A stretch of DNA of 64,000 bases, taken from assembly GCF_009914755.1 (NCBI RefSeq), contig NC_060942.1; one strand, given 5' to 3'. The DNA comes from the human T2T-CHM13v2.0 reference genome, Homo sapiens. Under the pieces are notes generated by a model. The model saw only the letters and a list, made by a program, of their open reading frames with translations. It had not been told where the DNA came from and searched no databases. Positions 1 to 13,702 of the stretch are shown piece by piece. The position numbers were made by a program, and so were the translations under genes. Position 1 is the stretch's first letter, and every line of letters begins with the position of its first letter.

Positions 1-59
1 ATATCTACATAAACAAACATGAAGTGAAGCACTAAGTGCTTTGTGCTGGTTCCAAGCTG

Positions 60-210
60 GTCCACCTTCAGATTCATGCCTCCTCCTAGCTCTGTTCAAC
101 CCTGGAACACAGGAAGCCAAACCCTGAAGGCAGTGTTTCTCAGGATACTCTGTCAGCTGGCTTCCTGCTAGATTCAGCCAAAGGAGATGCTAGCTAAAGA
201 TTGGAGGACA
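60..210 (+). mobile_element. ERV-L LTR fragment (LTR33/LTR16-like)
   Basis: TTTCTCAGGATACTCTGTCAGCTGGCTTCCTGCTAGATTCAGCCAA...AGATTGGAGG resembles the LTR33/16 core. Confidence 0.55.
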
Positions 211-1215
211 TAAAATAAAGGTGAATAAATTAGTACCTATTTTGTTCTTATCCTCACTTTTCCTCTTAATCTTGAGAGGTTATTTTCAGAGTGAATGGCC
301 ATAGAAAAGAGTATCTGGAGCAATGCAGTTCTGATGGATTAGCATGAAATTAAAAATAGGAAAGAAAGGAAAAATGGATGTACGTAGGTATCTACATAAA
401 ACATAGCCATGGGAGGTGCATGCATCTGTACTTATTTGAGGGTCACTTAATTAACTGAAAGAAAACCATTAGAAACACTGCAAAATTCTACATATGCACA
501 ATTCTGTAAATATACTAATAGGCGAAGGATATCAGAAATGTACCAAATATGAAATCCTTGTTGTGCACTATATATTATTTGAGGGAAGAGAGTTGATTTG
601 GTACAAAATGAGCTTAAGCCTTATGCTTAACCTCCTGGCTGGGCTCTTAAACAGAGCAGACCAAACTCTGAAGAAGCTCTTTTCTGCCTCACCCAGAGGT
701 TGTTCCCATAGAGACCACTGGAAGGCAACGGAGTGAGCTGACACAGATGGTTGTGCGCCTATCCTGTCTGGTTAAATCCCTAGCTTCACCAAGTAGTAAA
801 AATGACTCCAGAAAAATCTTACATTCATCCATTGTTTTTTAACATCTACAATGTGCCAAATACTGTGCCAGGGATCGGGGTTATAAGGATGAACAAGTTA
901 GGCATGGTCCCAACTTACAGTTCAGTGAAGTAACTGAAGAGTGGGGAAATTTTGGTTTATGACATTGCCAAAAGTCACACAGCTGGTAACGGGGTAGCCA
1001 AGGTTCATGCCCGCATTTGACTGCCCTTGAAAGTCCTTTCCCTCAACCCCTACCCTATGCTTCCTTCTTTTCCTTTTTCCCTCTGAAATTTTTTCTCCTG
1101 TAAACTTCAGGGCAACAATTTTTATGTTGCAGTTTGTCCCACTGCCTAATGAATGCTTCTTAAAATATAAATGTGAAGGTCCTTGGAATGGTATTAGGTT
1201 GCAATTTTGTCTTAC

Positions 1216-1342
1216 CTGATAAGCAGCGCAGGGCAGGGTCTGCCAAGCCCTGCCTTGACTGAATTAATCAGCCCAAGGCTGTCCCAGGGAAGCCAGCAAT
1301 TCTGCAGTGACTTTCCCCATACAGATGGCCCCTTAGTCAGCT
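1216..1342 (-). other. Candidate spliced exon (127 nt) of an unidentified transcript
   Basis: Acceptor TTCCCTCTGCATTTTCAG| and donor CAG|GTAAGA, in GC-richer unique sequence. Confidence 0.3.
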
Positions 1343-2099
1343 CTGAAAATGCAGAGGGAAGTCTGGCATGGCGTTACAGCAGCAGACTGGGTGGACAAAG
1401 GCCTGGGTGGACACAGATGCCCAAGCAATTGTATTGCATCTATTTCCTGTCATTTAAACCCAGTGTTATTTATTATTCAACTCTGAGTGTATTTTGGAGA
1501 TTCAATTTGTAGGGTGTATGACACACAGAGTAAATTGGTATGTTATCTCAACTCATTTGCTGGAGGACAGGTGTTCACATCACAAGAACCAACAGCCCCA
1601 TCCACAGTAATTGGTGCCTTGGCTGGCAGTCTGAGCCTAGAGGGCAAGGACCAAAAGTGCATGAAGAATGAACCAATAATAATTTCCACACGTGGCATAG
1701 TGTGTTTTACTTGCGGCTCTCAAAGCACATTTTAGGCATTCATTCTCTCTCACTACAATACTGCCCAGGCTTGCTATTACTCTCATGCTACAGCCAGGAA
1801 AACAAAAGCAGAGAGTGGCTGACTCAAGAGCACAGAGGGACACAATGGCAGAACGGGGAATAAAAATTCAGGAGGCCTGATCTCTCATTCTGTCTCCTTG
1901 GAATCTCCCCACATCCATTCTCCTCTCATTTATTATTTAATGTCTTAGGCAGGATATTATTAAGGAACCTGGACTGGTGAATTCAATTTTGTTCAGGTTA
2001 ATTAATTTCAAAATGCTTGCAAGTCTGCATAGTGCACAATATCACACTCAACACAAATAATAGACCAAAAAAAAAAAAAACAAATATAGTTGCCATATG

Positions 2100-2177
2100 T
2101 TTCAAATGTAAGTAGCATACAAACAATAATCCACACAATTTCAAATGTATGTAGCATACAAACAATAATCACCACAA
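2100..2177. repeat. 39-bp tandem duplication
   Basis: TTTCAAATGTA(A/T)GTAGCATACAAACAATAATC...CACAA occurs twice. Confidence 0.92.
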
Positions 2178-4639
2178 GCTACTGAAAACACTTTCAGTAA
2201 CATGCAGATTGTGTATGAATAAGTATTTCTATGTGCACGGAGGGTAGTCAATCCAAGTAGGATATAAAGATTTGTATGAAGCGAAGAAACTCCAGAGCCA
2301 ACATATTGTCTTAACTACATAGCTAATGTCATTTCAGAAAATTCTGCATGCAAAATTCACTTAAAATATGAAATTAAAAAACCCTGTACTTGTGGGGTTT
2401 ATTAATAGTGAGCAGGGAAAAAAATGGAACTTTTGCCCTGGAGCTCAGGTGAAAAGACATAATTAAAAATACTGCACTGAAAAAAGTGATTTCTACTTCC
2501 CAGATGGCATTTGGTTTCCTCATACTTACAAATAGCCATATAGAGCAAAACCAACATATTCCATTAAGCTCCTTCCACTTATAACAAACGCAGGTTTCTT
2601 TATCACTGATTCAGAAATTCCAACAAATAATAAATACATACATGAAAAAAGAGATTGACTGCCATCTTCTCTTTTCGGGTTAAGGTATGCAAACATGAAA
2701 TAATTTAAGAGATTTCTCACCACCAGAAAATTAAATTTTACCTATAACATGACAAGTGTATACAGGGTCACTACCCACAGCCATATAGGCAGTACACAGC
2801 ATAACCCCAGGGAACCCTAACATAACCCAGGCTGAGAATGGAGACCTTGGGGTTGAACAGGTAGTACTTATGCATTCTATTAGGAAAAGATAAAATTCCT
2901 TTTCTATTACATCCAATCTACCTGTTAACTGACCAAGCCTAGGCATATATGCAGAGTACAAAGTTATCTAAACCTCTTCATAGAGGGGCATCAGCTTTTG
3001 TTTTACACAAATACCAAGATGTCATGAGTAATCTCTACCATAACAATATTTTCAATGTAATTTTCATTTTCATCTAAAATGAAAATAGAAAGGAAAAGGA
3101 GATAGGGAGGTCTTCACAATAGCACTACAAGGCTCAGGAAGTTAAAGTAATGGGTCCACAATAGTAATCAGAGGATCTAGAAAGATGTGAGTCTATGTAA
3201 GAATCATGATTTTCCAATTCCCCTCTAAGTTGTTGGATTTCATACTATTAAGGGGATATAACCACTTTATGTAATGAGTTTCTTTAAAAGCTGGTTTCCA
3301 CAGCTGAGTAGAGTGAAGCTTTATTTGTAGGTTAAGGCTCACCTGTAGCTCTAGGACCTGATTTTCAAGAGGAACAAAAAATGAATCTAGCCAGGAACTT
3401 GGTATCTCTCTAGCCTAACACTCTGCATTAATAATTAAACCCTTACTTTGTTCTGGAGACATATTTGCCGTCTGTATCCCATCTACACTGCAACCTCCTG
3501 AACTTTTTGATGTCTCAGTTCCTCCCATGAAAGCCTGATTGCCTGTATTTGTCATTGCCTTGCCACACCCCTGCCAGGACCTGCCTGGTTCCTGGACCAA
3601 GGCCTCTACTTGGTCACCAGGGTGGTCACCATGCTTTTAGCTTTAACCAGTCTGTCTGTATCTGCATTTGTCATGAGAGAAGCCAGTTCCCCAATACAAA
3701 ATAGAAGAGCAATAGAGAATATCAGAGCAAGGAACAGGAAGGAAGGTGTTCATAGCTACTATAATTTTATTGATATCAATAATAATCTCCCATATGGTCT
3801 TTGTCTTCATCCCACATTTTGGCCCTATAACAAAGACGAATGTTGAATTCATTTCCTGACTACATGTGGCTTTCCATTGGTCCTTTCTTCTTCTCCATCA
3901 GTAGACACATTTATCTTCTGCTCATTAATTCAGCTGGCATGGGTTTGCAAGCATATGTTCACTGGAAGAAATTTAAATGATAGTGACCTCAGCCTCAAGA
4001 GAAAAATCTCTAGTCATTTAAAGAATTTTAACATAGTTAATATACTAAATGCCTGATAGATCATCTGAAGATCAGACATATCTTTATTCACTCAAAAACT
4101 AAGAAATGTCAAACGAATATTGATGGCTTCTGTTTCCATTAAGAACAGAAAATTGCTTGGTAAATGCCTGTCGCATCTAGAACAGTGCCTGGCAGGTAAA
4201 GGGCCCTCAATAAATACTTGCTGAATGAATAACTTAGGTAAATGAGAATTATTTATTGGCAGATTTTTTCTCTTCTCAATATTTTTCTTTCCTTCTTTTG
4301 CATTCCTCATAATATAAACTGGAGTTTTTCACAAAAAGGTGATGAATGCCCAGTGAATGGATTGGTGAATGAGAGACCCAGGAATACCAGCTATAAACTC
4401 TTTCTGTATTATGACCTCAAATATGTCTAAACACCTGTATGTAGGCATAGAAAAACATTGTAGAAGGGAATGCAGCAAAATCTGAACAGTGGTTGTCCCT
4501 GTATTGTGTGATTTTTTTTTCCTGTTTCAATTTTTCTATGATGAATATGGATAACTTTAACATATATTATAAAAACCATCACACAGGATAAACAGAACTC
4601 AAATGATATCAAAGCTGTTTAAATAGAAATTCTGTTTTC

Positions 4640-5900
<1,261 letters not shown>

Positions 5901-6652
5901 CCCATATATTCATAGATATCTTAGCACTACATTCTTTTAATTAATTTAACTTTTTAGTACATTTATAGATTCATAAGAAAATATATTAATTTTGAAATCT
6001 AAAAAACATATAGCATAGAAAAAAGAAAAGCATAAAATTAACAAAAACTAATGAAAAAAAGCATGAAATGGCATGAGGTCTGTCTGCTATTATACATCCT
6101 CATAATTCCTAGTAATTTTCCATCTATAACCTCAGTACATTTATAATTTCTCATTCTATTTCCTCTAATAAACTGTAAGTACTCAAAGGCAGAGCCCATA
6201 CCTTTGTTATTAATCTTGAAACCCTAGACTGCAGATTTCCCAACATATAGCAGGTATTCCTGTTATTCACATGTTTAATGAATAAAGTGTTCCTGATCTT
6301 ACAGAATTAGCCAAGAGAGATATTTCTGATGCCAGAAAATGTAAGGTAAAATTCCAGAATGAGTAGCATAGACAATAAAGTGCCAAAATATTTCAGAAGA
6401 CAATTCAGCTTCGTGGTTTTGAGCTGATCTGGTGTTGGAGTGTTACGGAAGATGTCCTGAAGTATTTGACTGGGTTCTAAAGTGTGGATTGGAATTGTTT
6501 GGTTAAATGGAGGAGAGAGGAGTCCAACAAGTTAATCTTTGGCATTTTAATTTGCTTGGGAGACAGATTATATCAAAGAAAATTGAAGAAACCAATTGGA
6601 TGAGTCATGTGGATTGTGTTAAAGAGAATATGAAATGCATTTAATTATATAG

Positions 6653-9085
6653 TGTGTTAGACCATTCTTGCATTGTTATAAAGAAATACCTGAGGCTAGA
6701 TAATTTATAAAGAGAAGAGGCTTAATTGACTCATGGTTTTGCAGTACAGGAAGCATGACGTCTGCTCAACTTCTGGTGAAGGCCTCTGGAAGCTTACAAT
6801 CATGGTGGAAGGTGAAGCAGGAGCCCTTATATAACATGGTGAGAGCAGGAGCAAGGTGTAGGGGAAAGATGCTACACACTTTTAAACTAGATTTTCCAAG
6901 AACTCACTCACTACCATGAAGACAACAAGCCATGAGGATTCTGCCCCCATGACCCAAATACCTTCTACAAGGCCCCACCTCCAATGTTGGGGATCACATT
7001 TCAATATGAGATTTGAGTAGGGATGAATATCCAAACTACTATATCATTCTGCCCTTGCTCCTGCCCCCCCACATTTCATGTCCTTCTTACATTGCAAAAT
7101 ATCATGTCTTCCCAATATTCCCCCAACGTCTTAACTGATTCCGCCATTATTTCAAAAGTCCCAAGTCCAAGTCCAGTCTCTCATCTGGAGATGAATTCAT
7201 TCACCTATAATCCTGTAAAATCAAAACAAGTTATTTACTTCCAAGAAACAATGGGAGTACAATCATTGGGTAAACAGTCCCATTCCAATGAAAGAGAAAT
7301 CACCCAAACGAAAGGGCTACAGGCCCTGTGTAAGTTTGAAACCCAGCAGGGCAGTTATTAAACCTTAAAGATCCAAAGTAGTCTCCTTTGACTCTGTGTT
7401 CCAAATCCAGGGCACACACTGGTATGAGGGGTGGGATTCCAAGGCCTTGAGCAGCTCTATCACTGTGGCTTTTCCATACTGAGGTTGCAAGCTTCTGGTG
7501 ATTCTACCATTCTGGGGTCTGGAGCACAGCAGCCCCCTTCCCACAGCATTGCTAGGCAGTACCCCAGTGGGGGCTCTGTGTGGGGCTCCAATTCTACATT
7601 TTCCCTTACCACTCCCCTAGTAGAGGTTCTCTGTGAGAGCTCCACTCCTTCAGTAGACTTCTGCCTAGGCACCCAGGCTTTCTCATACATCCTCTGAAAT
7701 CTAGGCAGAAGCTTCCAAGCCTCCTTTACTTTTGCACTCTGTGCATACACAGGCTTGACACCACATGGAACCCATCAAGGCTTACAGCCTGTGCCCTCCA
7801 GAGTGGTGGCCCCAGCTGTACCTGGGGCCCTTTGATCCATGACTGGAACTGGAGTGGCCAGGATGTAAGGAGCAGTGTCCCAAAGCTGCAGGGCCCCAGA
7901 CCTGGCCCCCAGAACCATTCTTTCCTCCTAGACCTCTGGATCTGTGATGGGAGGGGCTGCCCTGAAGATCTCTGAAAAGCTTTCAAGGCCTTTTTCCCAT
8001 TGTCTTGGCTATCAGCACCTGGCTTACTTTCAGTCATACAAATCTTCCTAGGAAGTGGTTGCTGTGCAGCCTATTTGAATTCTTCTCCTGATAATGCTTT
8101 TTATTTATGTGCTACATAACCAGGCTGCACGTTTTCAAAACTTTTTTTGCTCTGCTTCTCTTTTAAATATAAATTTCAACTTTAAGTCATTTGTTTACTC
8201 TTACATCTAAGAATAGCCTGTTAGAAGCAGCCACACCATTCTTGAGTGCTTTGCTGCTTATAAATTTCTTCTGCCAGATATCCTATATTATCCCTCTTAA
8301 GTTCAAATGTGAACTTCCGCTATATCTTATATCATCACTCTAAAGTTCAAATTTCCATAGATCTCTAGGGCATGAACAGAATTCAGTCAAGCTCCTTGCT
8401 AAGACAGAACACAAGTGACCTTTGATCCACTTCCCAATAAGTTCCTCATTTCTATCTGAGATCTCATCAGCGTGGACTCCACTGTCCATATCACTATATC
8501 ATCATATTGGTATAACCATTTAACCAGTCTCTATGAAGTTCCAAACTTTTCCTCATCTTTCTGTCTTCTTGTGAGACCTCCAATCTCTTCCAACTCCTGC
8601 CTATTACCCAGCTGCAAAGTTGACTCCACCTTTTCAGGTATCATTACAGCAGCATGCCACTCTTGGCACCAGTTTTCAGTGTTAGGCCATTCTTTTGTTG
8701 CTATAAAGAAATATCTGAGGTTGGGTAATTGATAAGGAAAAGAAGTTTAATTGGCTTATGATTCTGCAGGCTCTATAGGAAGCATGGCACTAGCATGTGC
8801 TCAGCTCCTGGTGAAGATCTCAGGAAGCTTACAATCATGGCGTACGATGAAGCAGGAGATTGTGTAGCACATGGTGAGAGCAGGAACAAGAGAAAGGTGG
8901 GGAGTTGCCACAGACTTTTAAACAATGAGATATTGTAACAACCCATGCACTACTGTGAGGATAGCCCCAAGCCATGAGGGATCTGCCTCCATAACTCAAA
9001 CCTCTCCCACCAGGCCTCACTTCCAACATCAGAACTTACGTTTCAACATGAGATTTGGGTGGAAACAAATATCCAAACTATATCA
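6653..9085 (-). mobile_element. Complete MaLR provirus: MSTA-like LTR - MST-int - LTR
   Basis: Direct LTRs at 6653-7046 and 8678-9085 (TGTGTTAG...TATATCA) flank a 1.63-kb MaLR internal region. Perfect 5-bp TSD TATAG at 6648-6652 and 9086-9090. Confidence 0.95.
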
Positions 9086-9310
9086 TATAGGTTAGGCCCA
9101 GATTATGAAGGACCTTAAAAGCTAAACTGAGGAGTTAATACTGTGTTTTGTGGGCATTCATCACTTCATGTTTTCAGTGAGGAAGTGACTTAATATTATG
9201 TTTAGGTAGATTAAACAAGAGCTAGTGCAGAGTATGCATTGAAGAGTATAGCTAAGATTTGAATATGTCAGCTGCAGTTCATTCATGAGTTCCCCAAACA
9301 TGTAGAAGAT

Positions 9311-9447
9311 AGAGCCTTCTCCCTGTGTCCTAACATGGTGGAAAGGGCAAACCATCTCCCTAGGGCCTCTTTCATAAAGGCATTATTACCATTCATGAGG
9401 GTTCTATCTTCATGATCTAATCATCCCCCAAAGGTCCATACCTGTTA
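9311..9447 (-). mobile_element. Isolated MaLR LTR fragment, paralog of 11170-11306
   Basis: AGCCTTCTCCCTGTGTCCT...CCCTAGGGCCTC...CCATTCATGAGGG...CATGATCTAATCA...CCTGTTA is shared by both. Confidence 0.85.
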
Positions 9448-9479
9448 ATTTAGACATTATATAGTTATTCAAAACCAAA

Positions 9480-10590
9480 ACAATAAATATTTATGTACCA
9501 AAAATTCTCTATCCATAGGCTAAAATACAAAAGTCAACTGAAAATGGATCATAAACCCAAGACCATAAAATTCTAGAAAATAAATACAGAGCAGATACTT
9601 TTCGGTCACCTTTGGCGATGTAAAAATACAAAAACAGAAATCATAAAAAGAACCATAAAAGACTGATAAATAGAATTTTTCAAATGTAAAACTTCTGCTT
9701 TTGTAAATACACTTAAAAAATGAAAAGATAACTCAGTCTGTGAATAACTATTTGCAAAACATATATCTGATACAGATTTTTTATTAATAATATGCAAAGA
9801 ACTTTTCACAACTCAATAAAAGTAGGAAAAATATTTGAAGATAGGTTATCAAAGGTGAGTTACAGATAGCAAATATACACATTAAAATATATTCAATTTT
9901 ACTGATCAAGAGAATGCAAAATAAAACTGTATATTTATTACACACTTATAAAAATAAGATTTAAAAACTGACAATATTAAATGCTGGCAAGTGTAAACAG
10001 CAACTGATCCCTCACGTATTTCTAATGTAATGCAATAAGGCACAGACACTCTGGAAAGCAGTTTTTGGCAATTTTTATAACAATAAATATATATTTTACA
10101 TGTCTAAATAATTTTACTTCTAGGTATTTACCAAGAAAAATGAAACATATATTCACATAAAAATCTGTGCCAATTATTTATGGTAGTTTTATTCATTATT
10201 GCCCCAAACTGGAAACAACCCAAATTTCCATTTACTGGTGAGCAGATAAACAAATTATGATGCACACATGCAACAAAATAGATGGATCTCAAAATAATTA
10301 TGACAAGTAACAAGCCAGACATAAAAGGTTATATTATGTATGCTTCCATTTATATAACATTCTGGAAAAGGCATATTTATAGGGACAGAAATTAGTGGTT
10401 GCCAAGGGCTAGGAGTTGGGAAAGGGAACTGATTTCAAAGGGACACAAAAGATTATTTGAAATAAAGTAAAATATTCTATATTTGATTATTGGTGGTTAT
10501 ATGACAGTTTACATTTACTAAATGTCATCAACAATAAATTTTACTGTATTTATATTAGACCTTAATAAACCAAGATTTAAAAATCAAACA
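9480..10590 (+). mobile_element. Ancient L1M (MC/MD/ME) 3' fragment
   Basis: CTAGGTATTTACCAAGAAAAATGAAACATAT, GCCCCAAACTGGAAACAACCCAAAT, TTAGTGGTTGCCAAGGGCT. Confidence 0.75.
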
Positions 10591-10917
10591 AGGAAAACAC
10601 TTTCTAAAATAAAAACAAAACAAGGGCATTCTGAGAAAGTAAAGTTTACGCTAAAACCTGAAGAATGAGTAGAAATGAGCAAACTAAAGGATTGGGACAA
10701 AAATGTTTGAGGCAAAGGGAATAATTTGGGCAAAACCCCCAAGGAAGGAAGAATCTGGACATTAGAGGAAGTAACCTGAGGCCAATGTAGCAAAGGCACT
10801 GTAAAGAATGTGAGTTTGACAAGAAATGTGGGAAGAGAAAGAAATGAGCATCAGATTACACAGAGTCTTGTACCAATTATGAGGAACTTTAGATTTTATT
10901 CTAAATACAATGGGAAA

Positions 10918-11370
10918 TATCTTAGTCTGTTCAGGCTGCTAATAACAAAATACCATAGACTAGATGGCTTATAAACAACCACCATTTATATGTTCCTGAA
11001 TAACCAGTGGGTCGATGAAGAAATTAAGAAGGAAATTGGAAAATTTCTTGAAGCAAATGAAAATGGAAACACAACCTACCAAAACCTATGGGATACAATT
11101 CTGGAGGCTGGGACGTCCAAGAATAATGTACCTGCAGATTCAGTGTCTAGTGAGGGCTGGTGCCTCATACAGCCTTCTCCCTGTGTCCTCACATGGTAGA
11201 AAGGACAAACTATCTCCCTAGGGCCTCATTTATAAGGGCATTAATACCATTCATGAGGGCTCTGTCTTCATGATCTAATCACCTCCTAAAGGCCCACACC
11301 TGTTACTACTATCATTTTGGCAATTAGGTTTCAACATACCAATTTTGAAGGGACACTTTCAGACCATAGA
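10918..11370 (-). mobile_element. Solo MaLR LTR (MSTC/MSTD/MLT1A class) inserted in an L2 and carrying an internal L1 fragment
   Basis: TATCTTAGTCTGTTCAGGCTGCT...TTCAGACCATAGA termini; TSD GGAAA/GGAAG. Confidence 0.88.
10988..11097 (+). mobile_element. ~110-bp internal L1 ORF2 fragment with no tail or TSD
   Basis: Translates as MFLNNQWVDEEIKKEIGKFLEANENGNTTYQNLWDT. Homologous to 24090-24190 and 53700-53800. Confidence 0.9.
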
Positions 11371-13355
11371 GGAAGCCTCTGAAAGATTTAAATTAGAGGA
11401 ATGATGTGATATGATATGAATTTTTGAAAGATCACTCTAGATTCTTCAGTAAGAAGGATCAATGAGGGCAAAAGTGGGTGCAGGGGGACAGATTAGGAGA
11501 GCATTACAAAGAGAGACAATGGGAGCTTGGGCCATGGTGGTAGTTATAGATACAGAGAGAAGGGTCCACATTTGGGATATATTTGGATCCTCATCCATCA
11601 ATTATAAAAATGGAGTTAAAACATATCTATGTCATGGTGCTGTTGTGAGGACAAAATGTGTATAATTAGTTTGTATTTTTGCTCAATATATTTTAAATGC
11701 TTAAAACATATTTACTATTATTTTAAAAGATGAAAATGAATTAAACACTGCTTCCCTTGTTTTTGCTCTCATCTTCTTCCAAGTTGCCACCCTCACATAG
11801 TGTGTTCACTCCCTGGGATGCCCTCAGTACCTGCATATCTCCTTATTTAAGCATGCATTTATCATATATTTATGTGAACCCAGCCCTGCTCTTCTTTAGT
11901 AATAATCCTAATGCTGATCGGTCTTCACCCAAGGGTATGTAATAATACATGGTCAAAACCATGAAAAACCAGACCTTCACTTCTGGTAAAAGCTTATGAA
12001 CCCCAGGTATATCTAGGTTGTATTAAATTGACCTTGTTTTGTTTGTTTGCCTGTTTGTTTGTTTGTTTTTCTCTATCCTTGAGCATTTGAGTATTCTTTT
12101 ATGGAAGGGTGACATAGTGACAATCATTTTTCTTTAGTTATATGTGCTTACTTTTATAGTAACATTAAACCTATTATTTTTATTTTATTTGCCCCACAAG
12201 GCTATTAAAATCATACAAATAGAAATGATATGGGCCTAGGCAAGAAAAGTAAAAATGTGAATGGAAAGAGGAAGATTAATATGAATTTGGAGTGAAGGCT
12301 CAGAGAGACTTTGTGAAAAATAGAATACAGAAGGTCATGAATACAGAAAAGTCAAAGACAACTCTAGTTTCCATTCCTGTTGGCCTGGGTGAAATCTGTC
12401 ACCACTGACAAATAGAAAAGTCACTAGAGGAATCTTCTTAGGGATCAACAACAACAACAAAGAATAATGGATTCTCTTTAGAAACGTTGACTTTGAGACA
12501 ACAATAGATTTTCCAAACAGTGGCAGTGGCATTTGTCAGTTATCAGATGGGGCATTAGTCCTCTTGAACACTCTAAATGAGACAGCTAGATGCTAAGACT
12601 AGAGAGAACCTCCAGAGGAAAATGAAAGAACCAAAAATCATTCAGCAACAGGTGATAGGAGGAAGATAAGTTGAGCATCAAGCATGTCAGAGATTGCATA
12701 ATACCTAACAGTTCAGACAGGCAGTTTGGCACGAGAAGACAAAAGTGGTAAAAATTCTGCCCCTATGGATTGCTGTTTAGGGCCATAGTCCCATTTTTTA
12801 GGATAACTTGGAATGACTGTTTCCACAATGAAACAAGGACTCATGTGTAGAGATACAGGATATGGACCAGGAACATCTAAATTAGTATCCTATTCAGACA
12901 AACACAGTGAAATTTGCTCTCTAAACATGGCTTTTAGTATCTCCTTGAAAGTGATGAGCTCTAAAAAAAATGCTTAAAAATAGCTTAGGATAATGCTTAA
13001 AAATCTTAGAAAAAATCATCATTAACCTCAAAGATTGTATTTATGTTTTTAGATGCTTATTTAGTTTTCTGCCTTGGAAACTCAGAAAATGGGAACAGTT
13101 GAGTTTGAAATCTTCACTTTTACTGATACATCTTCTTTCAGTATATTTAATGGCAGTTTTTGTTTATAAATGTCTTTACATCTACAATTACTTCTTGCTT
13201 TTCAGTGGTGCTTGTGGCATTTCCTAATGTATAATCCTCTGCAAGTTTTGTTACAAGCTGTCTACTCCTACAATTAATAGAGATGTTAGGTAGCCTATAA
13301 AACTCACATCACTCTCTACCACCATTAACTTCGTACATTGCCATATATTAACATC

Positions 13356-13358
<3 letters not shown>

Positions 13359-13390
<32 letters not shown>

Positions 13391-13702
13391 GTTGTTGTTA
13401 TTGCTGCTGTTGTTTTCTTTCAGATGGAGTTTTGCTCTTGTTGCCCAGGCTGGAGTACAATGGTGTGATCTCGGCTCACTGCAACCTCTGCCTCTGGGTT
13501 CAAGCAACTCTCCTGCCTCAGTCTCCAGAGTAGCTGGGATTACAGGTGCCTGACACCATGCCCAGCTAATTTTTGTATTGTTAGTAGAGATGGGGTTTCA
13601 CCATGTTTGCCAGGCTGGCCTCAAACTCCTGACTTCAGGTGATCCACCCACCTCAGCCTCCCAAAGTGCTGGGATTACAGGCGTCAGTCACCACATCTGG
13701 CC
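13359..13702 (-). mobile_element. AluS (Sq/Sp-like) with tail-derived (GTT)n microsatellite
   Basis: GAGTTTTGCTCTTGTTGCCCAGGC diagnostic; TSD AACATCTTT at 13350-13358 and 13703-13711. Confidence 0.95.

Larger units (their letters stand above)
10620..11590 (-). mobile_element. L2 fragment split by the LTR at 10918-11370
   Basis: GAGGAACTTTAGATTTTATTCTAAATACAATGGGAA | GGAAGCCTCTGAAAGATTT...TTTTTGAAAGATCACTCT. Confidence 0.7.

Noticed and set aside
7023-8732. Several 86-112 aa ORFs
   Set aside because: They lie inside MST-int and are fragmented repeat-derived frames, not an intact gene.
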